64,000 bases of DNA, taken from assembly GCA_965222715.1 (NCBI GenBank), contig OZ244961.1, positions 204,609 to 268,608 of the forward strand, in the 5' to 3' direction. Below the pieces are notes generated by a model. That model was not told where the DNA came from. It did no database searches and saw only the letters and a list, made by a program, of their open reading frames with translations. Shown here piece after piece: positions 16,548-27,136 of the stretch (the stretch's first letter is position 1; each line of letters begins with the position of its first letter). Source of the DNA: Minisyncoccota bacterium (GTDB lineage: Bacteria; Patescibacteriota; Minisyncoccia; Phycocordibacterales; JABMNX01). The translations under genes were made by a program, and so were the position numbers.

Positions 16548-16940
16548 ATGGATTATTCAACATACTATACAAGTATTGCGAAGCCATTTTTTGCGCCACC
16601 AGAATGGGTGTTTGGTCTTGCGTGGGGAATTATTTACCCACTTATTGTTATTGCTGGGGTGTATCTACTCTATCTAGTTTTTAAACGTATAGTCCCAACA
16701 TCACTTCTCTTGGTCTTTGGAGTAAATATAGTAGCAAACCTTTTATTCACCCCTATTCAACTTACTCTTCAGAACAACCTCCTTGCGACCATTGATATAT
16801 TGGTAGTTCTTGGAACTCTGGCATATCTTCAGTATAAAATTTTCTCATTATCTAAAGTCATTTTTATACTCTTTCTTCCGTACTTACTTTGGGGATCTTT
16901 TGCAACCATACTTCAAGTGACTATTTTTTTCATGAATTAA
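16548..16940 (+). CDS. tspO: TspO/MBR family protein (short)
   Basis: KPFFAPPEWVFGLAWGIIYPL N-terminal signature, 4-5 TM. Confidence 0.55.
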   Translation: MDYSTYYTSIAKPFFAPPEWVFGLAWGIIYPLIVIAGVYLLYLVFKRIVPTSLLLVFGVNIVANLLFTPIQLTLQNNLLATIDILVVLGTLAYLQYKIFSLSKVIFILFLPYLLWGSFATILQVTIFFMN

Positions 16941-16982
16941 ATACACTTTACACTGGTAAGTGACCATGTACACTAGTGAGTA

Positions 16983-17342
16983 ATGTTTGGAAGTACTACA
17001 CAAGCCCGAGCACAGAATCACTCCATGTTACGTATGGTATGTTTTGTGATTGCGCTTTTCCTTGTTTTTTCTTTTGTTATTCACGCAATTGACATTGATC
17101 ACTACCACCCTGAAGCTATTTTTGGCGTTGGTCTTGAATCGTTTTTTCATGCTGACAATCGTAAGTGGGTATTTATACTCCTTATGCTGTGCGTCACGTT
17201 GTCCTTGTGGTGTATTAAAAAATACATACACACCCACGTGTTGGAAGAAACAACACAAGAAGATATCGTCCCTACGTCTGTATTTTTCTATTTTGATATT
17301 TCTACCGAGAAAGGAATTATTCAAAATATACTATATGGCTAA
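16983..17342 (+). CDS. hypothetical membrane protein
   Basis: ORF with 2-3 TM; no homology recognised. Confidence 0.35.
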   Translation: MFGSTTQARAQNHSMLRMVCFVIALFLVFSFVIHAIDIDHYHPEAIFGVGLESFFHADNRKWVFILLMLCVTLSLWCIKKYIHTHVLEETTQEDIVPTSVFFYFDISTEKGIIQNILYG

Positions 17343-17381
17343 CAGTTAGTTTTTGTATTAGTTACTAACTTAGAAAAATAT

Positions 17382-17960
17382 ATGAAAGAATATGGTTTAG
17401 CAGCAGGTATGCTGGTTATCGGACTTATTGGCGGATATTTCTTTGGTATGAATAATACCCAATTAAAGATGCCGCATATAGAGACCGAAGAACACATGGA
17501 TGATGGACATATGCACATGGCAGATGTCTCCAGTGACCGAGAATTTATTGAGCATATGATTCCACATCATCAAGAAGCAGTTGATACTGCGCGTGAAGTA
17601 CTTGAGAGAGGTGGAGAGATTTCTGAGGTGAAAACACTTGCTGAAAACATCATCACCGCTCAAGAAAAAGAGATTGTAGATATGAAATCATGGTACAAAG
17701 AGTGGTATGGTACTGATTTCAAAGATGTAGGTGTGTACGAACCAATGATGCGAGAACTCGAGACCTTCTCTGGAAAAGAATTAGATATTATCTTTACAAA
17801 AGATATGATAATTCATCACATGGGAGCGTTAATGATGGCAAACAGCGCCCTTAGTTTTGCAGAGCATAAAGAACTCCAAATGCTTTCTCAAAACATTCTT
17901 ACAACACAACAGGAAGAAATTGAACTTATGAAACATATCCTTCAAAGATACGAGGAGTAG
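17382..17960 (+). CDS. DUF305 domain protein (two HH-x-GA repeats), membrane-anchored
   Basis: MIPHHQEAV and MIIHHMGALMMA motifs typical of DUF305. Confidence 0.7.
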   Translation: MKEYGLAAGMLVIGLIGGYFFGMNNTQLKMPHIETEEHMDDGHMHMADVSSDREFIEHMIPHHQEAVDTAREVLERGGEISEVKTLAENIITAQEKEIVDMKSWYKEWYGTDFKDVGVYEPMMRELETFSGKELDIIFTKDMIIHHMGALMMANSALSFAEHKELQMLSQNILTTQQEEIELMKHILQRYEE

Positions 17961-17981
17961 TTTCAAGAAAAAACAAAAAAA

Positions 17982-18006
17982 ACACAGTGTGCACACTGTG
18001 TTTTTT
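17982..18006 (+). terminator. intrinsic terminator ACACAGTGTGCACACTGTGT + T6
   Basis: perfect palindrome flanked by A8 and T6. Confidence 0.6.
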
Positions 18007-18039
18007 GTTTTATTGTGTAAAATATACTACTATTTTTGT

Positions 18040-18501
18040 ATGATACACAATCAAAAAGAGACAGGTTTTACTATTATTGAACTTCTTGTGGTTGTTGCCA
18101 TTATTGGAGTACTAACATCACTCGGTCTTGCATTTTTGAGTCAAGCACAAGAAAAAGGGCGTGACAGTCGTCGGTTTGAAGATTTACAACAAATAAAAAA
18201 TGCACTTGAACTCTATAGTGCTGATCAAAGCGGCTTGTTCCCAAGTGGAAATTCTATGAGTATCCTTAAAACAGGGGAGTATATTGCAGCTATTCCATTT
18301 GACCCGCTGGGCACTGGGATATACGGGTATTCATATCAAGGCACTGATCTTTCAGGGAATATATGTAACTCTGGTCAGTGTACTAGTTATGTTCTCCGTG
18401 CAGTGCTTGAGGTGCCAGACCAGGAAGCGCTTTCTGTAGACAGAGATGGTATTATTGGAGGTCTGGATTGTACAGATCCCGCATTTTGTTTTACTCCGTA
18501 A
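18040..18501 (+). CDS. type IV pilin / pseudopilin (prepilin N-methylation motif)
   Basis: N-terminus MIHNQKETG|FTIIELLVVVAIIGVL (class III signal, G|F cleavage, E5). Confidence 0.75.
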   Translation: MIHNQKETGFTIIELLVVVAIIGVLTSLGLAFLSQAQEKGRDSRRFEDLQQIKNALELYSADQSGLFPSGNSMSILKTGEYIAAIPFDPLGTGIYGYSYQGTDLSGNICNSGQCTSYVLRAVLEVPDQEALSVDRDGIIGGLDCTDPAFCFTP

Positions 18502-18521
18502 AAATATAGTATCTATAGAGT

Positions 18522-19163
18522 ATGGAAGATTCACAAGAAAAAAGCGCAAAAGAACAATACGAAGAGAAGAAAAGAATAAAAGAGGCGGCAAAGAAGGGCG
18601 TTAGTCAAAAAAAGGAGATACAACAATCTTCGACTCGATTCTTTACGTACTTCCTCGTCATCCTTATAGTATGTGCCATTGGATACGGCATCTACTTTAT
18701 TATTAAAGACGCTCAGCCAGTTGGTCCTGATTTCAGTAGAGATATACCTATTATGGAGTCTAGCGCGCATATTCCCATCGGGAGTGAGCTTCCTGAATAT
18801 AATTCAAATCCTCCAACATCTGGCCCTCATTATGAAATAACTGCCCGCTCAGGATTTCGTGGCGATGATGATATTGCTGACCAACACATTATTCATAACT
18901 TAGAACATGGTGACGTGTGGATTTCATATCACCCTCGAGTTGGTGCAGATGTTATTGAACAACTACGGTCTTTTGGGGCTGGTAAGGTTATTGTCACCAA
19001 GCGTGAGGCAAATGAAACTGACATTGCTGTAGCTTCATGGGGTAGACTCGACACCTTTAATCTTGAAGATAGTGTGGTACCAGAAGATCGAATCAATGAT
19101 TTTATAAAACGGCACCTTAACAATGGGCCAGAGCGAATCACTACACCAACAGGTGGTGTATAA
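18522..19163 (+). CDS. DUF3105 domain membrane protein
   Basis: TM + SGPH...HNLEHG conserved patch typical of DUF3105. Confidence 0.5.
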   Translation: MEDSQEKSAKEQYEEKKRIKEAAKKGVSQKKEIQQSSTRFFTYFLVILIVCAIGYGIYFIIKDAQPVGPDFSRDIPIMESSAHIPIGSELPEYNSNPPTSGPHYEITARSGFRGDDDIADQHIIHNLEHGDVWISYHPRVGADVIEQLRSFGAGKVIVTKREANETDIAVASWGRLDTFNLEDSVVPEDRINDFIKRHLNNGPERITTPTGGV

Positions 19164-19208
19164 AAAATACTCAACTAACCTACACGTAACTTTGTTATAC
19201 TAGAGTGA

Positions 19209-20468
19209 ATGAAATTAGAATTTCCAGAAGGTTTTCTGTGGGGGGCATCAACTTCAGCACATCAGGTTGAAGGGAATACGTATAATAACTGGAGTGAGTG
19301 GGAAGAAAAGAATGCAGAGAGACTTGCTCAGGAGGCCAAAGATAAGCTTGATGTGTGGAAAGAGTGGGAGTCTCGTGATTACGAGCGTTTTCCTGAAATA
19401 AGTGAAAGTAGTAACTACATCTCTGGACATGCGGCTGATCATTACCATCGTTTTAAAGAGGATTTTGATATCGCTCAATCTTTAGGACACAGTGCACACC
19501 GACTTTCAATCGAATGGTCACGAATTGAGCCAGAAGAGGGTACGTTTAATGAGAAAGAAATAGCACACTATCAAGAAGTAATACGAGCACTTCGTAGTCG
19601 AGGTATGGAGCCATTTGTAACCTTATGGCACTGGCCAATACCAGTGTGGCTCGACGCAAAAGGTGGTTGGGAGTCTAAAGAAATAGTGTTTTATTTTAAA
19701 CGCTATACCCAAAAGTTAGTTGAGGCGTTTGGTGATGAGGTTACTTTCTGGATTACACTTAACGAGCCAGAGGTGTTTGCAGGACATTCATACTTAAAAG
19801 GATATTGGCCACCGCAAAAGAAAAGTTATTTTGCGTATAGAAGAGTAATTCGAAATTTAGTAAAGGCTCATAAGGTAGCATACAAGACTATCAAAACACA
19901 CAATGAGAAAGCGCAGGTGTGTGTAGCAAAACACAACATCTATTTTGAAAGTAGTGGAGGAGTTGTTAATACTCTCTTAAAACGATGTGCTGATTGGTGG
20001 TGGAACGATTGGTTTTTACAAAAGATACAAGGGTATCAAGATATCATTACACTAAATAATTATCGTCGGAATCGAGTCGCTTATGGATTTAATAAAAATG
20101 AAAACATACGCGTTTCTGATATGGGATGGGAATTATACCCTCAGTCTTTGGCCCGCATAGCGAGAGAGATGTACGCAAAATATCAATTACCTATTTATGT
20201 AACTGAACATGGTCTTGCTGACGCTGATGATTCGCGACGGGAATGGTTTATTACCGAGTCACTTATGCATCTTCATAAAGCAATACAAGATGGGGTTGAT
20301 GTGCGGGGCTACTTACACTGGTCTTTGCTTGATAACTTTGAGTGGGATAAGGGATTTTGGCCACGATTTGGTTTAGTAGAAGTTGATTACGTGACACAAA
20401 CTCGAACCATTCGTCCATCTGCCCACATCTATAAGAAAATCTGCACAACGAACGTGTTAGAATTGTAG
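19209..20468 (+). CDS. bglA: glycoside hydrolase family 1 (beta-glucosidase/6-phospho-beta-glucosidase)
   Basis: GFLWGASTSAHQVEG N-terminus, TLNEP acid/base, YVTEHG nucleophile. Confidence 0.9.
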   Translation: MKLEFPEGFLWGASTSAHQVEGNTYNNWSEWEEKNAERLAQEAKDKLDVWKEWESRDYERFPEISESSNYISGHAADHYHRFKEDFDIAQSLGHSAHRLSIEWSRIEPEEGTFNEKEIAHYQEVIRALRSRGMEPFVTLWHWPIPVWLDAKGGWESKEIVFYFKRYTQKLVEAFGDEVTFWITLNEPEVFAGHSYLKGYWPPQKKSYFAYRRVIRNLVKAHKVAYKTIKTHNEKAQVCVAKHNIYFESSGGVVNTLLKRCADWWWNDWFLQKIQGYQDIITLNNYRRNRVAYGFNKNENIRVSDMGWELYPQSLARIAREMYAKYQLPIYVTEHGLADADDSRREWFITESLMHLHKAIQDGVDVRGYLHWSLLDNFEWDKGFWPRFGLVEVDYVTQTRTIRPSAHIYKKICTTNVLEL

Positions 20469-20469
20469 T

Positions 20470-21411
20470 ATGCAAGTATGGTTACTACTCGTTGTTATTG
20501 CACAGTTTCTTAATGCAATTGTTGCAATGGTTGATAAATATATACTCACCTCACGGGTGGTGCGTACGCCGGTAACGTACGCATTTTACGTGAGTATCCT
20601 CTCTTCGTTTGCTGCAATTGCTTTTTTATTTAGCTGGATACCTATTCCTCTTGAGGGGGTTGCTATACCATCTTGGGGTAATATATCACCTCCTGATGGT
20701 GAGGTGGTTCTCCTTTCGCTGGTTGCTGGGCTTGCCTTCTTTGGTGCATTGGTAACCCTCTTTACGGCGTTAAAAGAAGCAGATACGTCTGACGTTATTC
20801 CTGTTGCTGGGGCCACATCAGCGGTCGGGTCACTATTACTCAGTTGGTATTTTCTAGAATCGTCTCTTACCCATAACTTCTTTCTTGGTTTCTCTCTCTT
20901 AGTCTTGGGTACATTTTTTATATCGCTTTTTCGTTTCAATACACACACACTTTTTGTTTCAATCCTTGCTGGTATGCTTTTTGCATTACACTTCGTTTGT
21001 TTAAAGGTGTTGTTTGAGTATACAAATTTCGACAACGCGTTTTTTTGGTCGCGTATTGGCATCGTAATTCCTGCCATTGTTGTGTTTATTATTCCGTGGA
21101 TACGAATTCACCCCCAAAAGAAAACAATGACTGCTGAGATGCCAAAAAAGAATCTGGTGTGGCTCATCCTCTTAAACAAATTCCTCGCTGGGGTTGCTGC
21201 GCTTATGCTCCTTAAGGCAATTGAATTAGGTGATGTTACGTTAGTGCAAGCTCTTGGTGGTTTACAGTTTGCGTTCTTGCTCATGTTTGCAATTTTTACT
21301 GGCCGTACACTACCGCAAGCCTGCGGCGAGAAATGTTCCCCTTATGATGTGTGGCAAAAGACTATTGCCGTTGTGGTCATTACCATCGGTTTCTTTGTTC
21401 TCTTTTTGTAA
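20470..21411 (+). CDS. integral membrane protein, DMT/EamA-like transporter (10 TM)
   Basis: 313 aa, duplicated 5-TM halves. Confidence 0.45.
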   Translation: MQVWLLLVVIAQFLNAIVAMVDKYILTSRVVRTPVTYAFYVSILSSFAAIAFLFSWIPIPLEGVAIPSWGNISPPDGEVVLLSLVAGLAFFGALVTLFTALKEADTSDVIPVAGATSAVGSLLLSWYFLESSLTHNFFLGFSLLVLGTFFISLFRFNTHTLFVSILAGMLFALHFVCLKVLFEYTNFDNAFFWSRIGIVIPAIVVFIIPWIRIHPQKKTMTAEMPKKNLVWLILLNKFLAGVAALMLLKAIELGDVTLVQALGGLQFAFLLMFAIFTGRTLPQACGEKCSPYDVWQKTIAVVVITIGFFVLFL

Positions 21412-21414
21412 TGT

Positions 21415-22419
21415 ATGCGCAGCGCCTTTAAAAAAATACTACTCTACATAATCTGTGGCCTCTTAGTTCTTTTTGTACTACTCTCTCTTCTTTCATACAG
21501 GCCAGAGCCAGAACGCATTACGTATGGTGCTTCCTTTAACACACTGTATGCTCGAGAACTAGGCCTTGATTGGAAGAAGGTGTATGTCGAGATGCTTGAA
21601 GATTTGGGTGTGAAGCACCTGCGCCTTGCGGCTCATTGGAATATGGTTGAGCCAGAAAACGATGAGTTTAATTTTGAGGAGCTTGATTTCCAACTCGCCA
21701 AAGCAGAAGAGAACGGCATTGACGTTATATTTGGTGTTGGTCGACGATTGCCGCGATGGCCTGAGTGCCACGTACCACAGTGGGCAGAAAGATTGTCATG
21801 GGAAGAGCAAAAGGAAGAGATTGCTGAGATGATTACTGAAGTAGTGAATCGTTATAAAGATAATAGTGCAATTACTCACTGGCAAATTGAAAACGAGCCG
21901 TACCTCACAGTTTTTGCGTATGAACAGTGTGGGGACCTGGATGAAACCTTTTTAGAAAAAGAGATTGCTCTTGTAAAAGAGCTTGACCCAAGCCGGCCAG
22001 TCCTTGTAACTGATAGTGGAAACTTGGGTACGTGGGCTGGAGCGTATAAAAATGGGGACGCATTCGGTACTAGCGTGTACGTTTATTTTTGGAATGAAGA
22101 CATTGGACCATTTAAATCGATTTTGCCACCCGCGTACTACCGTATAAAACAAAATCTTGTTCGTTTATGGTATGGACCAAAACCAGTCTTTCTTATTGAA
22201 CTTTCAGCAGAGCCATGGTTACTCCAGCCAATTACTGAAACGCCAATAGAAGTGCAATTTGAACGGATGAACATTGAAAAATTTAAGGACATTATTGCGT
22301 TTGCTGAAGATACGCGACTTGAGAAACAGTACTTGTGGGGTGTCGAGTGGTGGTATTGGCTAAAAGAGCGTAACAAGCCTGAATTCTGGGAGTTTGCAAA
22401 GCCACTCTTTAACAACTAG
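21415..22419 (+). CDS. glycoside hydrolase, TIM-barrel cellulase-superfamily-like (GH5-like, NEP motif), membrane-anchored
   Basis: N-terminal TM; WQIENEP catalytic-acid-like motif. Confidence 0.5.
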   Translation: MRSAFKKILLYIICGLLVLFVLLSLLSYRPEPERITYGASFNTLYARELGLDWKKVYVEMLEDLGVKHLRLAAHWNMVEPENDEFNFEELDFQLAKAEENGIDVIFGVGRRLPRWPECHVPQWAERLSWEEQKEEIAEMITEVVNRYKDNSAITHWQIENEPYLTVFAYEQCGDLDETFLEKEIALVKELDPSRPVLVTDSGNLGTWAGAYKNGDAFGTSVYVYFWNEDIGPFKSILPPAYYRIKQNLVRLWYGPKPVFLIELSAEPWLLQPITETPIEVQFERMNIEKFKDIIAFAEDTRLEKQYLWGVEWWYWLKERNKPEFWEFAKPLFNN

Positions 22420-22554
22420 TATGTAGCAGTTTGGAGATAGTGAGCTATACTAAAGAGTACTATGAAAGACACCACCCATATAATAGTCCTTATTGTATTA
22501 GTGATCCTCGCTGTATTCTTTTTTGTATAATTTTTCTTCAGTAAGTTTTAGCAT

Positions 22555-23487
22555 ATGAGTAGTGCACTAGAGACACTTAAACACTTTGATACACACACAT
22601 TACCAGACCTAGACGTCGCCGTTCTTGGGGCTCTTGAGTTGAGTGCCCAGACACATTTTGAAGGTCCGCCGCTTTCCAGTATAGGAAAAAAACCGTTAGT
22701 GATAGGAAGTGGTAATGCACACCAAACTGGCAAGATACTCTTTGATGACATGGCTGCAGTGTTTGCTCGTGCAAGAAATTATGAGAAGTTACTTGCTCAG
22801 TACAGCGATCGTGACAGTGTTGTCATTATTTCTGCTTCAGGAGGTAAGGGGTCCGTTGATATTGCAAAAGATATGAGAGAGCAGGGGATTCCGACTTGGC
22901 TTTTTACAAATAACGATAGTGCACCTGCTCGTGAGTATATTGATAGTGATAAGGTAGTAGTATTTCCTCAAAATCGAGAGCCGTATACGTACAACACTTC
23001 AACCTACCTTTCTATGATTTTGTCGTATAGTAATGAAGATGCAGAAGACATCTTAGGGTATATTCGCAATGAAGTTGACACCCTTCTCCCTACAAACCTA
23101 AACGAATATTCTTCGTTTCTTATTACGGTGCCGCCAAAGTTTCGGCACATGGATAGTATCCTTGAATTGAAATTCTCAGAGTTGTTTGGACCGTGTGTAC
23201 AGGGGCGCATTTGTTCAACCGAGGAAATCAAACATGGGCGCACGGTGGTTTCTTCTGATCATGAGTTGTACATTGGTTTTGATGTAGATAGTAACGTTCC
23301 TGTAAATAAAAACCGTGTAGTAATACCTCTTAATGGTTTTGGGTACGGGGGTATGTTTGCGATAGGGTATTATGTTGTTGGTAAAATACAAGCGGCACAT
23401 CCGCCTTACTTTAAAGATCATATTGGTGCGTATGTAAAACGAGCGTCAGAAGTGTTTCATCAAGACATTAATGTTATTGTTGAATAA
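22555..23487 (+). CDS. SIS-domain sugar isomerase-like protein (tentative)
   Basis: VIGSGNA...VVIISASGGKGS pattern resembling SIS phosphosugar-binding fold; weak. Confidence 0.35.
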   Translation: MSSALETLKHFDTHTLPDLDVAVLGALELSAQTHFEGPPLSSIGKKPLVIGSGNAHQTGKILFDDMAAVFARARNYEKLLAQYSDRDSVVIISASGGKGSVDIAKDMREQGIPTWLFTNNDSAPAREYIDSDKVVVFPQNREPYTYNTSTYLSMILSYSNEDAEDILGYIRNEVDTLLPTNLNEYSSFLITVPPKFRHMDSILELKFSELFGPCVQGRICSTEEIKHGRTVVSSDHELYIGFDVDSNVPVNKNRVVIPLNGFGYGGMFAIGYYVVGKIQAAHPPYFKDHIGAYVKRASEVFHQDINVIVE

Positions 23488-23489
23488 CC

Positions 23490-24335
23490 ATGTATATTCT
23501 TTTTGATGTTGGGGGCTCAAAAATGCGTATTGCAGGAACAGATGACTGTAAAGAATTTACCCGTGAGCCAATTGTGGTAAAGACACCTCAAGATTTTGAT
23601 GAAGGTGTCTCACTTTTAAAAGATAAGATATACGAGATAGCCTCTGGCGAAAAAATTGATGGAATAGCTGGGGGTATTGCGGGGCCCTTTGATAAAACCA
23701 CTCACCTGTTAGTTGGTGGTCCAAATTTGAAAGATTGGATTAGGAAGCCGCTCTATGAGACACTTGAGAACACTTTCCATACGACAGTACAGATTGAAAA
23801 TGATTCAGCTTTAGTTGGTCTTGGTGAAATGCATTATGGCAAAGGGTGTGTTGAGGGAGTTGGTGCCTACATCACGGTAAGTACCGGAGTTGGTGGTGCT
23901 CGCTTTATAGATGGGCATATTGATAGGGCGGCCACCGGCTTTGAGCCAGGAAAACAAATTATTGACCCTACTCAAACACTTTTCCCAAATCTGACAGGTA
24001 GTCTTTTAGAAGACCTTATTTCAGGAAAAGCAACTGAAGAGCGCCTTCACACAAAACCGTATGATATTCTCCAGACTGATACGCTGTGGGATCAGTATGC
24101 AAAAGTTCTTGCATATGGACTCAATAACACTATCGTGCACTGGTCACCAGATGCGGTAGTGCTCGGGGGTTCGATGATAGTTGGTAATCCTAGAATTAGT
24201 ATTGAAAAGACCGAAGAGTACCTAAAAGAGACGCTTACTGTTTTTCCCACACTGCCAGAGATACATGCAGCATCACTTAGTGATCTCGGTGGGTTATACG
24301 GAGCCATGGTGTTACTACGAGAGAGCAAAAAGTAG
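23490..24335 (+). CDS. ROK family sugar kinase (glucokinase-like)
   Basis: DVGGSKMR N-terminal ATPase motif, ENDSALVGLGE, GVGG. Confidence 0.8.
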   Translation: MYILFDVGGSKMRIAGTDDCKEFTREPIVVKTPQDFDEGVSLLKDKIYEIASGEKIDGIAGGIAGPFDKTTHLLVGGPNLKDWIRKPLYETLENTFHTTVQIENDSALVGLGEMHYGKGCVEGVGAYITVSTGVGGARFIDGHIDRAATGFEPGKQIIDPTQTLFPNLTGSLLEDLISGKATEERLHTKPYDILQTDTLWDQYAKVLAYGLNNTIVHWSPDAVVLGGSMIVGNPRISIEKTEEYLKETLTVFPTLPEIHAASLSDLGGLYGAMVLLRESKK

Positions 24336-24400
24336 TTATTTTGTATAAAGATAAAGAAGAACCCCCCCTCAACGCGAACGCGTTGCGGGGGGGGGTGGCA

Positions 24401-24844
24401 TTAAATGCCAGGTCCAGCTCCTCCTCCAGGAGGTCCGGCTCCACCACCGGTGACTGTTTGAGTGACAGATCCACCAGACGAGGAGCTTGAGACGATGATG
24501 ATCCGAAGGACGATGATCGTCACGACGACGAAGGCCGTTCGCCCCCAGTTGACCTCAAACCCATCAGAGATTGGCTCAATCAACTGGCAGTCACCACTTG
24601 TCGAGCAGTGAAGTGCGAGACGCCTCGATACCTTTGAGGTACCGAAAATGGTTTCAAGTTCAACTTGTTCATCGAGGTCGATGATCTGTACTGTCGACTG
24701 ATCCGGAAGAGTCAGCACTTCACCAACCCTGGTTGCATTGACTTCCATTCCATTCGAAGCCGCATAGGATGTGACCGGGGAAAGGATGAGTGAGAGGGAG
24801 AGGATAAGTGTGATAAACCTACTCATAATCCACCTCCTCGACAT
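24401..24844 (-). CDS. secreted hypothetical protein with C-terminal Gly/Pro-rich tail, GC-rich
   Basis: signal peptide, 4 Cys, C-terminal hydrophobic + GGGAGPPGGGAGPG. Confidence 0.45.
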   Translation of the reverse strand: MSRRWIMSRFITLILSLSLILSPVTSYAASNGMEVNATRVGEVLTLPDQSTVQIIDLDEQVELETIFGTSKVSRRLALHCSTSGDCQLIEPISDGFEVNWGRTAFVVVTIIVLRIIIVSSSSSGGSVTQTVTGGGAGPPGGGAGPGI

Positions 24845-25049
24845 TTATCTCAACGAGTTTACAGACACCAGACGAACAGTCGAAGGCCGGGAACACGGTA
24901 ATGCGATCCCAGAAGAGATCATCTGGTTCGGTGGCCATGGGGGTCAGGCCTTTGTCTTCATCCTCTCGAAGTTCGGAAATTGCACTGCAACCGCCGAGTA
25001 GTACGATAAGTGCAATGGCGCTGAGCGCCATGGGAAAACGTTTCAACAC
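24819..25049 (-). CDS. small lipoprotein (lipobox LLGGC), GC-rich
   Basis: GTG start with AGGAGA RBS; MLKRFPMALSAIALIVLLGG|C lipobox. Confidence 0.5.
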   Translation of the reverse strand: MLKRFPMALSAIALIVLLGGCSAISELREDEDKGLTPMATEPDDLFWDRITVFPAFDCSSGVCKLVEINVEEVDYE

Positions 25050-25210
25050 GGTGCTCTCCTTTTATCAAGCATCAACAAAAATCTAACATAATTGTATCAT
25101 ATATAGACGTTTTGTCAAGTTAGGTATCCATACATATGTAGTGCTGAGTAGGTGAGGGTGTGGTAGGCTGTATGTATTATCAATACAATGTAATTTTCAT
25201 TATGGAGGGA

Positions 25211-25678
25211 ATGAATAAAAATGAAAAAATTGCAGTTGCCGTAGGACTTGTTCTTGTTGCAGTTGTACTTTTATTTGGTATACGACAAGTTACTGTAGAT
25301 GTTCCATCCCCTGCTGGTGACCTATCAACCGTGAATACGACACAAAACGAAGGCCTTCAGATCACCGACACTGTTGTTGGAGATGGTGCTGAAGCAACCC
25401 CAGGAAAATTAGTAACCGTTCATTACACCGGTACACTTACTGACGGGACAGTATTTGATAGTTCTGTTAGTAGAGGTACACCGTTCCAGTTTGTACTTGG
25501 CGCAGGTCAGGTTATTCGAGGGTGGGAAATTGGTGTAGAAGGTATGAAAGTTGGCGGCACACGAGAACTCGTCATCCCAGCAGCACTTGCCTATGGTGAC
25601 CGAGCAATTGGTGCCATACCAGCAAACTCAACACTCAACTTTGAAGTAGAATTGCTTGACGTGTCTGATCTACAGTAA
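25211..25678 (+). CDS. FKBP-type peptidyl-prolyl cis-trans isomerase, membrane-anchored
   Basis: VTVHYTGTLTDGTVFDSS...GWEIGVEGMKVGG...LNFEVELLDV. Confidence 0.85.
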   Translation: MNKNEKIAVAVGLVLVAVVLLFGIRQVTVDVPSPAGDLSTVNTTQNEGLQITDTVVGDGAEATPGKLVTVHYTGTLTDGTVFDSSVSRGTPFQFVLGAGQVIRGWEIGVEGMKVGGTRELVIPAALAYGDRAIGAIPANSTLNFEVELLDVSDLQ

Positions 25679-25705
25679 TATCCGTATCAGTCTAACGTTA
25701 TACGT

Positions 25706-26944
25706 ATGAGCACATTCTCATTTACTATTGAGAAAAAACTCACCAACGCGTCCAAGGATACACTCGGGCGCGTTGGTGTTATAGCCACTCCTCATGGGGT
25801 AATTGAGACCCCCGCTTTTATTACTGTTGGAACAAAAGCAACGGTAAAGGCACTTAGTCCTTCACAATTTAAAGAAGCAGGTATACAGTCTGTGCTTGCA
25901 AACACCTATCATCTCTACCTTGAGCCTGGAGAAGAGGTAATTGCTCAGGCTGGTGGACTACATACCTTTATGCACTACAATGGCCCGACCTGGACGGACT
26001 CGGGAGGATTTCAGGTGTTTTCTTTAGGTGCTGCGTTTGGGAAGGGTGTATCTAAATTTGCAAAAGGTGAAGTATCTCCTGATACAGATATACTCCCTAA
26101 TCTCTATAGTAAGGAGTTAGCTCAGTCTCATGGAAAACTTTGTACGGTGGACGAAGACGGTGTCACTTTTACCTCTCATATTGATGGTTCGCTTCATCGT
26201 TTTACCCCTGAGCGATCTATCGAGATTCAGCACAAAATAGGTGCTGATATTTGCTTCTCTTTTGATGAATGCACCTCACCAACAGCAGACAGGGAGTATC
26301 AAAAAGAAGCGCTTGACAGGACGCATCGCTGGGCAAAACGATCTCTTCTTGCACATAAACAAAACTATGACGCACTAAAGAAACAGTGGCTTTTTGGCAT
26401 TGCACAAGGCGGGCTTGAGCCTGATCTACGAAAAGAAAGTGCAGAGGTCCTCTCAAAAATGGATTTTGATGGATATGGAATAGGAGGATGTTTCACCAAG
26501 GCTGATCTTAAGTCATCTCTTTCTATTACTAACAACATATTGCCAGAAGAAAAACCACGACACCTTCTTGGTATCGGAGAGCCAGAAGATCTTTTTATTG
26601 GAATAGAGCAGGGGATTGATACGTTTGATTGTGTGTCGCCAACTCGACTTGCACGAACGGGGACTCTCTATACAACAAGAGGTCCTATTAATATCCTCAA
26701 CAGCAAGTATAAAAATGACTTTTCTCCTATAGATCCAGGCACGCCGAGTTACACCTCACAACACTACACAAAAGCTTATCTCGCACACCTTTTTCGTTCC
26801 AAAGAAATGCTTGGCCCTACACTTGCCTCAATACATAATATGTATTTCATTACCACACTCGTCCGTACTATCCGTCAATCAATGCTTGACGATCGTTTTG
26901 TTGAGTACAAAGAAGCATTTCTTCGCGCCTACTACTCGGCGTAA
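25706..26944 (+). CDS. tgt: queuine tRNA-ribosyltransferase
   Basis: 412 aa; TGT TIM-barrel and zinc subdomain. Confidence 0.9.
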   Translation: MSTFSFTIEKKLTNASKDTLGRVGVIATPHGVIETPAFITVGTKATVKALSPSQFKEAGIQSVLANTYHLYLEPGEEVIAQAGGLHTFMHYNGPTWTDSGGFQVFSLGAAFGKGVSKFAKGEVSPDTDILPNLYSKELAQSHGKLCTVDEDGVTFTSHIDGSLHRFTPERSIEIQHKIGADICFSFDECTSPTADREYQKEALDRTHRWAKRSLLAHKQNYDALKKQWLFGIAQGGLEPDLRKESAEVLSKMDFDGYGIGGCFTKADLKSSLSITNNILPEEKPRHLLGIGEPEDLFIGIEQGIDTFDCVSPTRLARTGTLYTTRGPINILNSKYKNDFSPIDPGTPSYTSQHYTKAYLAHLFRSKEMLGPTLASIHNMYFITTLVRTIRQSMLDDRFVEYKEAFLRAYYSA

Positions 26945-27070
26945 TCTTTGGTGTGGAGAACCCTTGTATCTTATATACGGTGTGATAGAGTGGGTGGTGG
27001 ATGGTGTCTTGTTCTTCGACCCGTCTTGCTTTCCCGTCTCCCCCAGACGTGAAGCCTCCCTGTTTAACTC

Positions 27071-27102
27071 GCCGCCCCAATCCCCTCGGGGCGGTCTTTT
27101 TT
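27071..27102 (+). terminator. intrinsic terminator GCCGCCCC...GGGGCGG + T7
   Basis: 7-bp GC stem followed by TCTTTTTT. Confidence 0.55.
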
Positions 27103-27136
27103 GATACACTTAACACCACTTACTCTGTATATAGGA

